The notes under the pieces: generated by a model | Seen by the model: only the letters and a program-made list of their open reading frames with translations | Told to the model about the DNA's origin: nothing | Databases searched by the model: none | Shown: one piece after another, positions 9,473 to 20,000 of the stretch | How positions within the stretch are numbered: the first letter of the stretch is position 1 | How the letters are laid out: each line of letters starts with the position of its first letter | Program-made: the position numbers and the translations under genes | Assembly (NCBI GenBank): GCA_964480515.1 | Contig: CAYZOT010000005.1 | Coordinates: 18,674-82,673, forward strand | Length of the DNA stretch: 64,000 nt | Direction of reading: 5' to 3' | DNA from: an uncultured Gemmatimonadota bacterium | GTDB lineage: Bacteria > Gemmatimonadota > Gemmatimonadetes > Palauibacterales > Palauibacteraceae

Positions 9473-10924
9473 TCAATTTAGCTTGCAGTCTAGCTGAGAT
9501 GCGGCGGCTAGGGGGGGGCGAGACAAAGCGAGTCCGATATACGCGAGGGATGATAGGATCATCGCGGGAAATACTTCATGGACCAATGCCCCGTAAGGGG
9601 TGAGGTCCCACACCAAAAGAACAAATGCTCCGAGAAATAACGAGGCCACGGCTCCAGCACCGGTCCCACGTTTCCAGAATAGTCCGAAGACCACTGCCGG
9701 GAAAAAACACGCAGCGTACAAGCTGCCCGAAAACGATGTGAGTGTCACGATACTAGCTGGCGGGCGTACTGCGAGGAGCGCCGTAATGAGCGCAAAGACT
9801 GCAACCCAGCGACGAGTTTCCTTAACCACATGGTTTTCATCGACGCTACGAAGAACGGAGATGACGTCACGTTCCCAAGTTGATGCCATCACCAGTAGAA
9901 CACTGTCAAGTGAGGACATGGCGGCAGCCAACATAGCGACAAGTACAAAAGCCGCCGGTAATGCCGGGAGGATATCAGCATTGCCTAGGAGTGTGGGTAC
10001 AACGAGATCAGAGTCGGTGAGGCCACTGCCCAATACACCGTGGGCGTATAGGCCGATTGGCATGAGAATCGTATAGACCACCAGGAACGCTGCAGTTGAC
10101 ACAAACAACCCGACCCGCACGGCGCGTTTGTCTGCTAGCGCGTAGAATCTCGAAAGCTGGCGCGGATCTACGATGAACTTGAGTGTTCCTGCCACAATGA
10201 TGCCGATGAGGACTGGAAAAGGCATCGCAGCGTCCCATCGGAACAGCTCGGACGTCAGTTCCGCGTCGCGGATACTTTCGATTGCTCCGATCCCGCCCGC
10301 GCTATTTACCGTGCCCCAGAACAGCAGTATTGCGGCGAATACCATCACCACGCCTTGAACCGCGTCCGTCTTAACCACCGATATGAAGCCTCCGACGGCT
10401 GTGTAGAGCATGACGACGACGAAGACAAACCCGATTGCTGCTACGTACGGGATGTCCAGGAAAATCTCCAGGAGACTCCCAACTCCTTTAAAGACCGCGA
10501 TCATGTATAAAAAGCTTGCGGAGATCACGATCAGTGCCGCCAATGAGCGGGCTATGCGGCTCTCAAACCGGAAACCCACATAGTCTGCTAGGGTGACGGA
10601 ATCGACTGCTCCCGTGAATGCGCGGAGTCGTGGAGCGATCCATAACCAGGCGGATAGCGAGAACACAACAACGGTAGGGGCTAACAGCAGCCAAGGTGCA
10701 CCGTACGTATATGCTTGGCCCGAAAAACCCACGAAGCTATTAGTGCTTGAGTAGGTCGCGAAGAAAGACAGCCCAAGGACCATACCACCCATCGATCGTC
10801 CGCCGATGTAGTAGTCAGTGCGGCCCTTAGTGCCCCGGCGTCCCTCCAACGCATGCCAGAAAATAAGCGCCCCATAGCCCGCAATAAGGGTGAGCGCAAT
10901 CCAATGTGCTTGAAGCCAAGCCAT
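9473..10924 (-). CDS. Sodium:solute symporter (SSS family) transporter
   Basis: 483 aa and multi-TM. The N-terminal region YYIGGRSMGGMVLGLSFFATYSSTNSFVGFSGQAYTYG matches the SSS-family signature region of PutP/PanF-type carriers. Confidence 0.8.
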   Translation of the reverse strand: MAWLQAHWIALTLIAGYGALIFWHALEGRRGTKGRTDYYIGGRSMGGMVLGLSFFATYSSTNSFVGFSGQAYTYGAPWLLLAPTVVVFSLSAWLWIAPRLRAFTGAVDSVTLADYVGFRFESRIARSLAALIVISASFLYMIAVFKGVGSLLEIFLDIPYVAAIGFVFVVVMLYTAVGGFISVVKTDAVQGVVMVFAAILLFWGTVNSAGGIGAIESIRDAELTSELFRWDAAMPFPVLIGIIVAGTLKFIVDPRQLSRFYALADKRAVRVGLFVSTAAFLVVYTILMPIGLYAHGVLGSGLTDSDLVVPTLLGNADILPALPAAFVLVAMLAAAMSSLDSVLLVMASTWERDVISVLRSVDENHVVKETRRWVAVFALITALLAVRPPASIVTLTSFSGSLYAACFFPAVVFGLFWKRGTGAGAVASLFLGAFVLLVWDLTPYGALVHEVFPAMILSSLAYIGLALSRPPLAAASQLDCKLN

Positions 10925-10959
10925 TTTCGTTTAGGTGCAGATCTGAGTTGCAGGTCCGC

Positions 10960-11412
10960 CTAGTTCCTCGACGCGATTCCCTGGACCTCCCAACGTGCAC
11001 CGTATAGCAGAGCCCCGGAGCCCACGAACGCACGGGCCGGGAAATTGCCCGTAAAATAGGTTCGATACACGTTATTGAAGATGTCATAGAGGTCTACATC
11101 TGAGCAGAAAACCTGCACCGAAACGAGGTCGTCCATCGTGAGGCCCGCAGCTTCGAGGGTGCTCTTCATACTCTCTATCACGAGTCGTGCTTCCTCTTCG
11201 GCACTCTCTGGAACTTGTCCATCCTGCAGGCCAATCGTGCCGGATAGGAATAAGAGATCGCCTACCCATACGGCGCCGCTGAAGGGCGGTGGGGCACCCT
11301 CGTCGCTCACATTTCTTGGGTTGACGTGCGTGCGGGCTTGGGCAGATACGGGTGCTGTCATGGCTATCGCCATACCAATAAGAACCACCGTTGATAATGT
11401 TCTGCGAATCAT
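10960..11412 (-). CDS. ridA: RidA/YjgF/L-PSP family reactive-intermediate deaminase, with predicted signal peptide
   Basis: 150 aa. The signal-like N-terminus is MIRRTLSTVVLIGMAIAMTAPVSAQA. The C-terminal ...PARAFVGSGALLYGARWEVQGIA matches the RidA family. An RBS (AGGAGC) lies upstream. It sits directly upstream of, and co-directional with, the SSS transporter. Confidence 0.8.
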   Translation of the reverse strand: MIRRTLSTVVLIGMAIAMTAPVSAQARTHVNPRNVSDEGAPPPFSGAVWVGDLLFLSGTIGLQDGQVPESAEEEARLVIESMKSTLEAAGLTMDDLVSVQVFCSDVDLYDIFNNVYRTYFTGNFPARAFVGSGALLYGARWEVQGIASRN

Positions 11413-11507
11413 GGTTGTATAGCTCCTAAGAGATCGAGTACAGGGCAGTTACAGGCGTCGAGAGACGCTTTATTTACATACTGATAGTGATTTGGGTCGT
11501 CCGTTCA

Positions 11508-13637
11508 TCACCATGGCCACTCAGGTTCACCTTCCGGTGAAGCCACGGAGTTGCGTGCGTTTGCAACGATATAGGCATGGATGAGGCGAACTTGATCCGA
11601 GTTCAGCAAACCTTCGTATGAGGGCATCCCTTCTACTTCTCGTGTTCCTTCAAGGACGATGTTTTCAAAGTTCCGGTGAACGACTGCAGTGGCCCGCTGG
11701 AGATTGGGCATAGCGCCTTCCGATGCGCCCCGTGCTCCATGACAATGAGCACAATAGCCACTGAAGAGTTCCCCTCCCTGAACTAAGCTCGCTTCATCGG
11801 TCGGGAGGTCTAAGTCAGGTGCGAAAAATGGACGCTTGGTGCGGGGCAGAGGCATGGGAGCAGCACCGTTAAGTGCGAACGTGAATACGCGCCCCTTCTG
11901 TTCGTATTTGTTTGCCTCTCCGTATGGCGCTCCGCTTCGACCCCGGGCACCTCCCCAACCAGCGGCCACCGATACATACTGTTGGTCATCGACGGTGTAG
12001 GTTATTGGACCGCCGAGGATTCCAATGTTAGTTGCTGTCTCCCAAAGCTGTTCGCCTGTATCTGCGTCGTAGGCAACGAACCGACCGTCACCACCGCCTT
12101 GGAAAACGAGGCCTGTCGAGGTCGTCATGGTCCCACCGTTCCAATACCCAGCCAGCGGAACTGTCCATCTCGCCTCTTGAGCTTTCGGATCCCATGCTAC
12201 CAGGAAGCCCGGGGCGTCCGAGCCATCAGCGTACGAGCGGGCTCGGCTCTGGTGCCCGAGATTGTTGACCGCGGGTCCGTAATTGTGATCCTCGATATTA
12301 AGTTCAGTATACTCCCACCCCTCAATTTCACTACGCTCGACCCATCCTTCCTGGATGGGAATGTACATGAGCCCCGTCTTGTGATTGAATGATTGTGGTT
12401 GCCAGTTATGACCGCCAAGAGCAGCAGGTGTAATCATGGTCCAGTCGAAACCATGAACCGCTTCGGACTGCTCGACAGGACGACCTGTCTCTAAATCGAG
12501 GCCTTCTGCCCAGTTAAGTGTGATGTAGGGTTGTCCCGAAAGAAACTCGCCGGTCTCCGCGTCAAGCACGTAGAAGAAGCCGTTCTTGGGTGCCTGCATG
12601 ACTACACGACGCATCTGTCCATCGAACTCGATGCTGCCAACTGTTATTGGTTGAACGGCCGTGTAGTCCCAGTGGTCGCCAGGGGTCGTCTGGAAATGCC
12701 ACACGTACTCACCAGTTGCGGGTCGGACTGCAAGGATTGAAGCAAGAAAGAGGTTGTCACCTCCACCTGGACTCCGAAGATTTCGGGACCACGGTGACCC
12801 ATTTCCTGTCCCGATGTAGAGAAGGTCAAGTGTTGGATCATAAGCGAAGGCATCCCAGGCAGTGCCACCACCGCCCGCGATCCACCACTCGCCACTCCAA
12901 GTCTCGGCGGCCATTTCAAGAGCTTCTGACTCAAAGCCATCTGCCGGGTTCCCTGGGACGGTATATGTTCGCCAAACCAATTCGCCACTTCTGGCATCAT
13001 ACGCTGAGACATATCCTCTCACTCCGTACTCAGCTCCCCCGTTTCCAATCACAACCAACCCTTGTACAACTCGTGGTGCACCAGTGATTGAGTAGGGCTC
13101 ATCCTGGTTAACCGTGAGAGCCTCCCAAACAGGCTCTCCCGTATCGGCATCAAGTGCGACCAGCCGTCCGTCAATCGTACCTACGAAGATTTTCCCCTCG
13201 TACATAGCCACGCCGCGGTTCACTACATCGCAGCACGCGAGCCGGCCACGGATCCGAGGTACGCCCGGGTCATGACGCCAAATTCTTTCCCCCGTACGGA
13301 CATCGATCGCGTGCACAACGCTCCACGGTCCACTCGTGTACATTACGCCGCCCGCTACGAGTGGTGTCGCTTCAACACCACCTCGGAGTTCAAAGTCGTA
13401 ACTCCAGACTAGGCCCAGTTGATCGACGTTTCCCTTGGTGATTTGTTCGAGCGTGCTGTATCGGTCTTCGGCGTAGTTGCCTCCATAGGTCAACCAGTCA
13501 CCATCCGGCGTTGCACTCTCGAGTACGGCATCATCGACAGCGCTCGCACCTTCCAGGCGCACATCTTCTGGTGTGCTTTGCATTTCGCAAGATGAAATTG
13601 CAATGAGAAAGACTGCGACCAGATAGTGAAAACGCAT
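11508..13637 (-). CDS. Quinohaemoprotein PQQ-dependent alcohol dehydrogenase (type II-like: PQQ propeller + C-terminal cytochrome c domain)
   Basis: The N-terminal quinoprotein motif DWLTYGGNYAEDRYSTLEQI is present, with a vicinal Cys-Cys (GRLACCDVVNRG) and the catalytic region PGDHWDYT. The C-terminal domain has CAHCHG (CxxCH) plus a downstream Met (GMPSYEG). Start moved to the second ATG (MRFHYLVAVFLIAISSC, lipobox-like), which has a GGGAGA RBS; the ORF-track start is 13661. Confidence 0.85.
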   Translation of the reverse strand: MRFHYLVAVFLIAISSCEMQSTPEDVRLEGASAVDDAVLESATPDGDWLTYGGNYAEDRYSTLEQITKGNVDQLGLVWSYDFELRGGVEATPLVAGGVMYTSGPWSVVHAIDVRTGERIWRHDPGVPRIRGRLACCDVVNRGVAMYEGKIFVGTIDGRLVALDADTGEPVWEALTVNQDEPYSITGAPRVVQGLVVIGNGGAEYGVRGYVSAYDARSGELVWRTYTVPGNPADGFESEALEMAAETWSGEWWIAGGGGTAWDAFAYDPTLDLLYIGTGNGSPWSRNLRSPGGGDNLFLASILAVRPATGEYVWHFQTTPGDHWDYTAVQPITVGSIEFDGQMRRVVMQAPKNGFFYVLDAETGEFLSGQPYITLNWAEGLDLETGRPVEQSEAVHGFDWTMITPAALGGHNWQPQSFNHKTGLMYIPIQEGWVERSEIEGWEYTELNIEDHNYGPAVNNLGHQSRARSYADGSDAPGFLVAWDPKAQEARWTVPLAGYWNGGTMTTSTGLVFQGGGDGRFVAYDADTGEQLWETATNIGILGGPITYTVDDQQYVSVAAGWGGARGRSGAPYGEANKYEQKGRVFTFALNGAAPMPLPRTKRPFFAPDLDLPTDEASLVQGGELFSGYCAHCHGARGASEGAMPNLQRATAVVHRNFENIVLEGTREVEGMPSYEGLLNSDQVRLIHAYIVANARNSVASPEGEPEWPW

Positions 13638-13759
13638 TAAGATCTCCCAGGTGAACGGCATGGCGCGTTGCCGGCTGAAATATAACTATAGCTTTGACGA
13701 TAAAATTCCCATAACCCTGGTTGGTTTTGGTCGGAGCCCTGAAGTCATGAGGAGGTCAA

Positions 13760-15775
13760 ATGAAGACGGTGGCGGTTATTCTGATCAGCGTCCTTGTCAG
13801 CACGGTTCAAGCGCAGGAAAGCGATCACTTTACGGATATGGACGTCTTTGGTCTTGAGTGGGTGGCTAATCCCCAAATCTCGCCCGACGGAGGTTATGTA
13901 GCCTACGTCCGAACTTCACTCGATGTTATGCAAGACCGGAAACGATCTGAGATCTGGATTATCGAGTCGGGCGGCTCAGCCCATCGTCGAGTCGCTGCTG
14001 GTAGTTCGCCGATCTGGTCTCCTGCCGGTGACAAGATGGCTTACGTGAGTGACGGACAGATACACGTTCGATGGATGGACACGGGCGAGACGGCCACACT
14101 AACTCAATTGCTCAAATCGCCAAGGGCGATTTCCTGGTCACCGAACGGACAACACATCGCTTTTAATATGTTGGTGCCGTATCCGGCTCCAAGCCTTATC
14201 GATCCACCTAGTCCTCCCCCAAACGCGACATGGGCCGACCCGCCAATCATGGAAGATCGATTTAAGAACCGTCAGGATGGCGTAGGCTATCTTGATTTTG
14301 GTTATGATCACCTGTTCGTCGTGTCGGTGGAGGGTGGTACAGCTGTTCAGGTGACTAGTGGTGATTACCAACACAGTGATGGGGCGGTATGGACACCTGA
14401 CAGTAAGCACCTCGTGTTCTCGTCGAATCGCACCGAAGACGCCGTACACGATTACCGGAATTCTGAACTCTACATGGTTTCAATCGTCGACCAAAGCGTT
14501 ATCAGGTTAACGGAGAGGGCAGGGCCTGATCACAGTCCAGTTGTTTCGCCTGATGGCCAGCACATTGCGTTCTTGGGTTTTGACGATCGTATTCGCACCT
14601 ATCAGGTCACACAGTTGCACGTGATGGATCTTGATGGCGGCAACAAGCGAGTGCTCACAGCTGATCTCGACCGGAGCGTATCGAGTCCTGTTTGGTCAAC
14701 TGATGGGAATGGAATTTACTTCCAGTATGATAGCGAGGGGAACTCGAAGATCGCTTTCATGGATCTCGACGGCGACGTCGAGATCTTGGCTCATAATGTT
14801 GGTGGAACTTCCTATGGGCGACCGTACGGAGGAGGAGCGTTTAGTGTGGCCAACGATGGGCGTTTCGCGTTCAACCAAACACGTCCTGAGTATCCGGGTG
14901 AGTTGGCGGTTGGGTTCAGGGATGGTTCGGTGCCTCGGCGTATCACGAATTTAAATGACGATCTACTCGCCGGAAAACGACTTGGTCAGGTTGAGGAGAT
15001 TTGGTGGGAGTCATCTTTTGACCAACGTCTTATCCAGGGTTGGATAGTAAAACCTCCTGACTTCAATTCCGATCGGCGCTATCCACTAATTCTTGAGATT
15101 CACGGAGGCCCCATATCGAACTACGGCGATCGTTTCTCTGCCGAAATGCAATTGTTGGCGTCGTCAGGGTACGTTGTCCTCTACTCCAACCCCAGAGGTA
15201 GCACGAGCTATGGGGAAGAATTTGGAGATCTGTTGTACCATAACTATCCCGGGAATGACTATGATGACTTGATGTCTGGAGTAGACGCGGTCATAGACCT
15301 CGGCTACATCGATGAAGACAACCTGTTCGTAACGGGCGGAAGTGCTGGTGGAATCATGTCAGCTTGGATCATTGGGAAAACTGATCGATTTCGGGCTGCG
15401 GCAGCTCAAAAACCGGTGGTGAATTGGTACAGCAAAGTGCTGACTGCGGACAACTGGTTTGGGTATTTCAACTCTCGGTATGAAGGACTTCCTTGGGAGG
15501 ACCCTGAAAACTACCTCAAGTTCTCACCCATTTCGTTGGTAGGTAACGTCACGACACCCACGCTTATAATTACAGGAGAAGAAGATCTTCGTACCCCTCT
15601 GTCCGAGTCGTATCAACTCTTTCATGCACTGAAGCTCAGGAAGATCGATACAGCAGTGGTGCGTTTGCCGGGAGCTTCTCACGATATGAGTCGTCGACCG
15701 AGTCAGCTCATCGCGAAAGTTGCTAACATTGTGGCCTGGTTCGACCGGTACCGTGGGCAGCGGGTGACAAGTTGA
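13760..15775 (+). CDS. S9 family serine peptidase with TolB-like propeller (close paralogue of the 50334..52415 gene)
   Basis: Signal peptide MKTVAVILISVLVSTVQAQ and GAGGAGG RBS. Contains WSPAGD/WSPNGQ/SPDGQ repeats, EIHGGPISNYGDRFSAEMQLLASSGYVVLYSNPRGSTSYGEEFG and the GxSxG nucleophile elbow GGSAGG. Confidence 0.85.
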   Translation: MKTVAVILISVLVSTVQAQESDHFTDMDVFGLEWVANPQISPDGGYVAYVRTSLDVMQDRKRSEIWIIESGGSAHRRVAAGSSPIWSPAGDKMAYVSDGQIHVRWMDTGETATLTQLLKSPRAISWSPNGQHIAFNMLVPYPAPSLIDPPSPPPNATWADPPIMEDRFKNRQDGVGYLDFGYDHLFVVSVEGGTAVQVTSGDYQHSDGAVWTPDSKHLVFSSNRTEDAVHDYRNSELYMVSIVDQSVIRLTERAGPDHSPVVSPDGQHIAFLGFDDRIRTYQVTQLHVMDLDGGNKRVLTADLDRSVSSPVWSTDGNGIYFQYDSEGNSKIAFMDLDGDVEILAHNVGGTSYGRPYGGGAFSVANDGRFAFNQTRPEYPGELAVGFRDGSVPRRITNLNDDLLAGKRLGQVEEIWWESSFDQRLIQGWIVKPPDFNSDRRYPLILEIHGGPISNYGDRFSAEMQLLASSGYVVLYSNPRGSTSYGEEFGDLLYHNYPGNDYDDLMSGVDAVIDLGYIDEDNLFVTGGSAGGIMSAWIIGKTDRFRAAAAQKPVVNWYSKVLTADNWFGYFNSRYEGLPWEDPENYLKFSPISLVGNVTTPTLIITGEEDLRTPLSESYQLFHALKLRKIDTAVVRLPGASHDMSRRPSQLIAKVANIVAWFDRYRGQRVTS

Positions 15776-15812
15776 ATCCCCTCTGCCTTCAAGCTTCGAG
15801 CGAGGTGTTTGC

Positions 15813-17036
15813 GTGACCACTGGGTTACAGCGTCAACCGTTATCGGGTATCCGTGTAATTGCATTAGAGCAATACGTATCGGCACCATACTGCACTCTCC
15901 TTCTCGCTGATGCTGGGGCAGAAGTGATTAAAATCGAGCGCCCTCAACAGGGTGATCCACGTCGTGCGATTCCTCCATTTGCTGAAAAGAACGGGAAGAA
16001 GATGGGGGCTGGGTTCATGGCCTATAACCGAAATAAGAAAAGTGTTGTTCTCGATCTTAAAGATCCGGCTGGACGGGCCGTATACCGTGATCTCGTGGCC
16101 ACCGCCGATGTCGTTGTTGAGAATCTCCGTCCCGGATCTGTGGATCGGATCAAAATTGGGTACGATGATTTGTCTCCGTCTAATCCGGGTCTGATATATG
16201 CTGTAATCTCTGGATTTGGCCGAATGCCGGGTCGTGAGGGCCCATATAGTCACCTCCCATCGTTTGACATCGTTGCAGAAGCGATGGGGGGGGTTATGCA
16301 TGGGGTTGGGTTTGAGGACAAACCGCCATCTCCCACGGTATACGGTATGCCTGATATTTTTTCTGGACTCGCTGCTTCTTATGGCATAACGATGGCGCTT
16401 GTGAGTCGGGCAACGACTGGGCGCGGGCAATTTGTCGACTCATCTATGTACGACAACATGATCTCTCTCAATGAACGCATGATCTCTTTGCATTCGATAA
16501 CAGGGAAGGCACCTGAACGCGGCCGCCCCAGAGGCTTATATCCGCGAGGGGCGTTCGCGACCATCGATGGGTTTATCGCTTTCACGGTTCCTAATGAAGA
16601 GATGTGGCGAAGGGTTTGCGAAGTAATGGAGCGGCTTGACTTGGTCGATGATCCTCGTACATGCAGTGGTCCTGTTCGGATTGAAAATCGGGGTTTCCTT
16701 GATCCGATCGTCGAAACCTTTTTCAAAAAAATCACGCGAAAAGATGCGGTTTCCCGCCTGAACGAAGTTGGAGTTCCTGCGGGGCCAGTCCAAACTGCTG
16801 AGGACTTGTTTATGTGCCCTCAGCTCGAAGCGCGTGGGGCCCTCATGTCAGTTGAGTATCCCGGCTTGGGAGAATTCCAATTTGCTCGCACACCGCTCCA
16901 AATGTCTGAATCGCCGGAAATTCCGAATCGACCGGCTCCTGAACTGGGAGAGCATACTCGAGAAGTCTTAATGGAAGTCCTGGGCTATTCGGAAGGCGAC
17001 ATAACGCGGCTCTCCGAAAATCAGATCATTAAGTAG
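15813..17036 (+). CDS. Family III CoA-transferase (CaiB/BaiF family)
   Basis: The N-terminal LSGIRVIALEQYVSAPYCTLLLADAGAEVIKIERP is the canonical CaiB/BaiF signature. GTG start with a GAGGTG RBS. Confidence 0.85.
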   Translation: MTTGLQRQPLSGIRVIALEQYVSAPYCTLLLADAGAEVIKIERPQQGDPRRAIPPFAEKNGKKMGAGFMAYNRNKKSVVLDLKDPAGRAVYRDLVATADVVVENLRPGSVDRIKIGYDDLSPSNPGLIYAVISGFGRMPGREGPYSHLPSFDIVAEAMGGVMHGVGFEDKPPSPTVYGMPDIFSGLAASYGITMALVSRATTGRGQFVDSSMYDNMISLNERMISLHSITGKAPERGRPRGLYPRGAFATIDGFIAFTVPNEEMWRRVCEVMERLDLVDDPRTCSGPVRIENRGFLDPIVETFFKKITRKDAVSRLNEVGVPAGPVQTAEDLFMCPQLEARGALMSVEYPGLGEFQFARTPLQMSESPEIPNRPAPELGEHTREVLMEVLGYSEGDITRLSENQIIK

Positions 17037-17093
17037 TCGAGTCTTCCCCTTTGGCCTGTAGGGGAATTTGGAAAACTCTTTTCACTCACCATT

Positions 17094-20000
17094 TCATACA
17101 ACGGAGCAGATTTCATCAGGTGCGCATAACAGGTCTATCAGTTCAAGACCCAGTCGGCTTAACTCATGATTCACCGCTGCTAGATCTGCTGCCCAGACCT
17201 CTTGAAGCTGGTTTGTGTAGGTGCCTAACTCCGCAACGAGGATCTCAAGTATCTCGGACATCTGATTTCCTGGACGTCCATCCCCTTGTTCGGCCATGGA
17301 CATCAGGTTGGCGAGTCGGTTGTTGACCTTGATCGGAAAATTAAGTGGGTCCTGTCCGCTACGGTTTCGTACCTGGTAGATGTCTGCCTCCACTGTGGAG
17401 GCGTTATCCTCTAACCTCGCCGCGGCAGAAAGTAGTTGTTCATCATCCGATTCTTGCAAGCGGGCTTCAAGTTCCGCCTTCACCCTGCGGATAGTGATCA
17501 CTGCTTCATTGGCCTCATTCACCTTATCCCAAATTGTGCTTGAGAACTCGTATTGTGCCTGGAGATCATCGTCAGTCACGTCTGTGATCCAGGGGTTGCG
17601 TTCGATTCTAATGGGTGCTGTTTCAATTTGGTCATCGGCGGTTAGGCGGGCGGTGTAGTTCCCCGGAGGTAACGCCGGCGCAACGTTCCGGACTCCCCAT
17701 AGGATCATCCCTGGGAACACCTTGAATCCATCTCCTCGAAGATCCCATGTGAGCTGGTGTATGCCCGCTTTGAGTGACACCGCAGGACCTCTCTGGTAGC
17801 GCGCCTCTGGCCCTGGGGTGGCTGTCGAATCCGTCGTGGTCGTATCGGCTACAAAGGTACGCACCACTTGGTCATGATCATCGATGATTTCCACGCGTGC
17901 GAACGTCGGTTTCTTCTTGAAGAACCAACTCAAGGTGACCCCACGGCCGGATCGAATGCCCGGCGGTGGGGTGAACAATCTTACATCCATCTCGGAAAGG
18001 TCAGGGGTCAGCTGTCTAAGGGGTGTAATGTTATCGAGTATCCAGAAGGAGCGACCATGCGTAGCGATGACTAATTCATTGTCTTCGACAATAAGATCAG
18101 AAATAGGTACGTCCGGGAGTCCGTTATTCAGTCCCTGCCACTGAGCACCGTCATTAAAAGAAACATAGACGCCATGTTGCGTCCCAGCGTACAGTAGTCC
18201 TGGTCGGGTCGGATCTTCTCGAATAGTGTGGACGTAGGCGTCCTTGCGGATACCACTAACAATCTTTGTCCAGGTTCCCCCGAAGTCGTTGGTTTTGAAA
18301 ATGTACGGAGTAAGGTCGTTGAGAAGGGGACGTCGGACCGAGATGTATGCGGTACCTGAATCGAACGAAGAGGCGTCAATCTGGCTCACCCGCCCGAAAT
18401 CTGGCATGGCTGCTGGCGTGGTGTTTGTCCATGTGCCACCACCATCCTTCGTGACATGAACAAGTCCGTCATCAGAACCGACCCAGATGACGTCAATGTC
18501 GGTTTTGCTTGGTCCCACAGAAAAGATCGTTCCGTAGACCTCCGGCCCATTCATATCACCCGTAATTGGTCCGCCGGAGTGCCCTTGCGTGATCGGGTCA
18601 GCTCGAGTCAGATCATCACTGAGTGCGGTCCAGTTAGCCCCACCATCTGTTGTCCTCCATAGTCGCTGTGAAGAAACGTATAGATGTGTCGGATCAACGG
18701 GAGAAAAAATGATGGGGAACGTCCACTGCCACCGCTCTCGGATATCCTGAGATGGTTCTCCGGAATAGAACCATGGATACGGATTCACTTCGCGCGAAGT
18801 TCCGATTCGTCGGTTGTATTTGTCGATGTACCGGCCGTTATTAGTACCTGAATAAAAGATGTCTGGGTCCCGGGGGTCTGGAGCAATGTATCCAGGCTCC
18901 CCACCGCCAGCGCGATAGGATAGTGTGGTCGATCCAGCGGTGATATCTCGGTGCTGCTCGTCATCGTCATCATCGTCGGTTCCTGCATCCGCGAATTCTG
19001 CGTAATTCCAGTCAGAAGGTGTGCACAGCGTACTGTTGTCCTGTTGTGATCCACACACATGGAAGGGGATGTGGTTTGTCGTAACAACGTGGTAAAACTG
19101 TGCGGTGGAGAACTCCTGATCCGTCCAGCTAGCGCCTGTGTTTTTAGATACCGCACCTCCACCATCATTAGCTACAAGGAGGTGGGCGGGCTCATCAGGA
19201 TCAATCCAAAAGTCGTGAAAATCTCCGTGAGTTCCGTTGTCGATGACCTCAGTGGTTTTGCCCCCATCTTCCGAGCGGAAAAGCCGGGTGTTCTGTAAGT
19301 ACACGACATCCTGATTGTGTGGATCAGCAAAAACATGTGTGTAGTAGAACGCTCGCTGTCGAATCGCACGCTCTGAGTTAACCAAGGTCCACGTATCACC
19401 CGCGTCATCACTTGAGAACAATCCACCATTGTCATTTTCGATTAAAGCGTAGACGCGGCCCGAGTTGGCGCGGGAAACGGATACGCCTATTCGGCCAACA
19501 AGTCCGTCGGTGGGCAGCCCGGAATTTCGGGTGATCTCATCCCATGTCTCACCTCCATCGACACTTTTGAACAGACCGCTCCCGGGCCCTCCGCTCGACA
19601 TCTGGTATTCTTTACGATAGGCCTCCCAGAGCGAAGCGTAGATGACATCTGGGTTGTTGCGGTCGATGGAGATATCAATCGCGCCAGTCATGTCGTTCCG
19701 GTAGAGAACTCGACGCCAAGTGTCTCCGCCATCGCTGCTCTTGAAGACTCCGCGTTCTGAGCTTGGTCCTCCGTATTGACCGAAAGAGGCGACAAAAACC
19801 ACGTTGGGATCGGTCGGGTGGATACGAATTTTGGAAATTCCATGCGAATCGCTGAATCCCAAGTGCTGCCACGTTTCCCCTGCGTCACGGCTTCGGTAAA
19901 CGCCATCACCTGGCATGATGTTGCCCCTGATGCACGTTTCGCCCGTACCGATGAACACGAGGTCAGGATCCGTTTCACTTACCGCTACCGCACCGACAGA

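Noticed and set aside
11982-13095. Several 70–146-aa plus-strand ORFs inside the quinohaemoprotein gene (11982..12392, 12032..12268, 12647..13087, 12862..13095)
   Set aside because: Antisense shadow ORFs within a strongly supported coding region, with low-complexity Arg/Ser/Pro-rich translations.
15864-16735. 188-aa and 118-aa minus-strand ORFs inside the CoA-transferase gene
   Set aside because: Antisense to a gene with canonical CaiB/BaiF motifs; no independent support.
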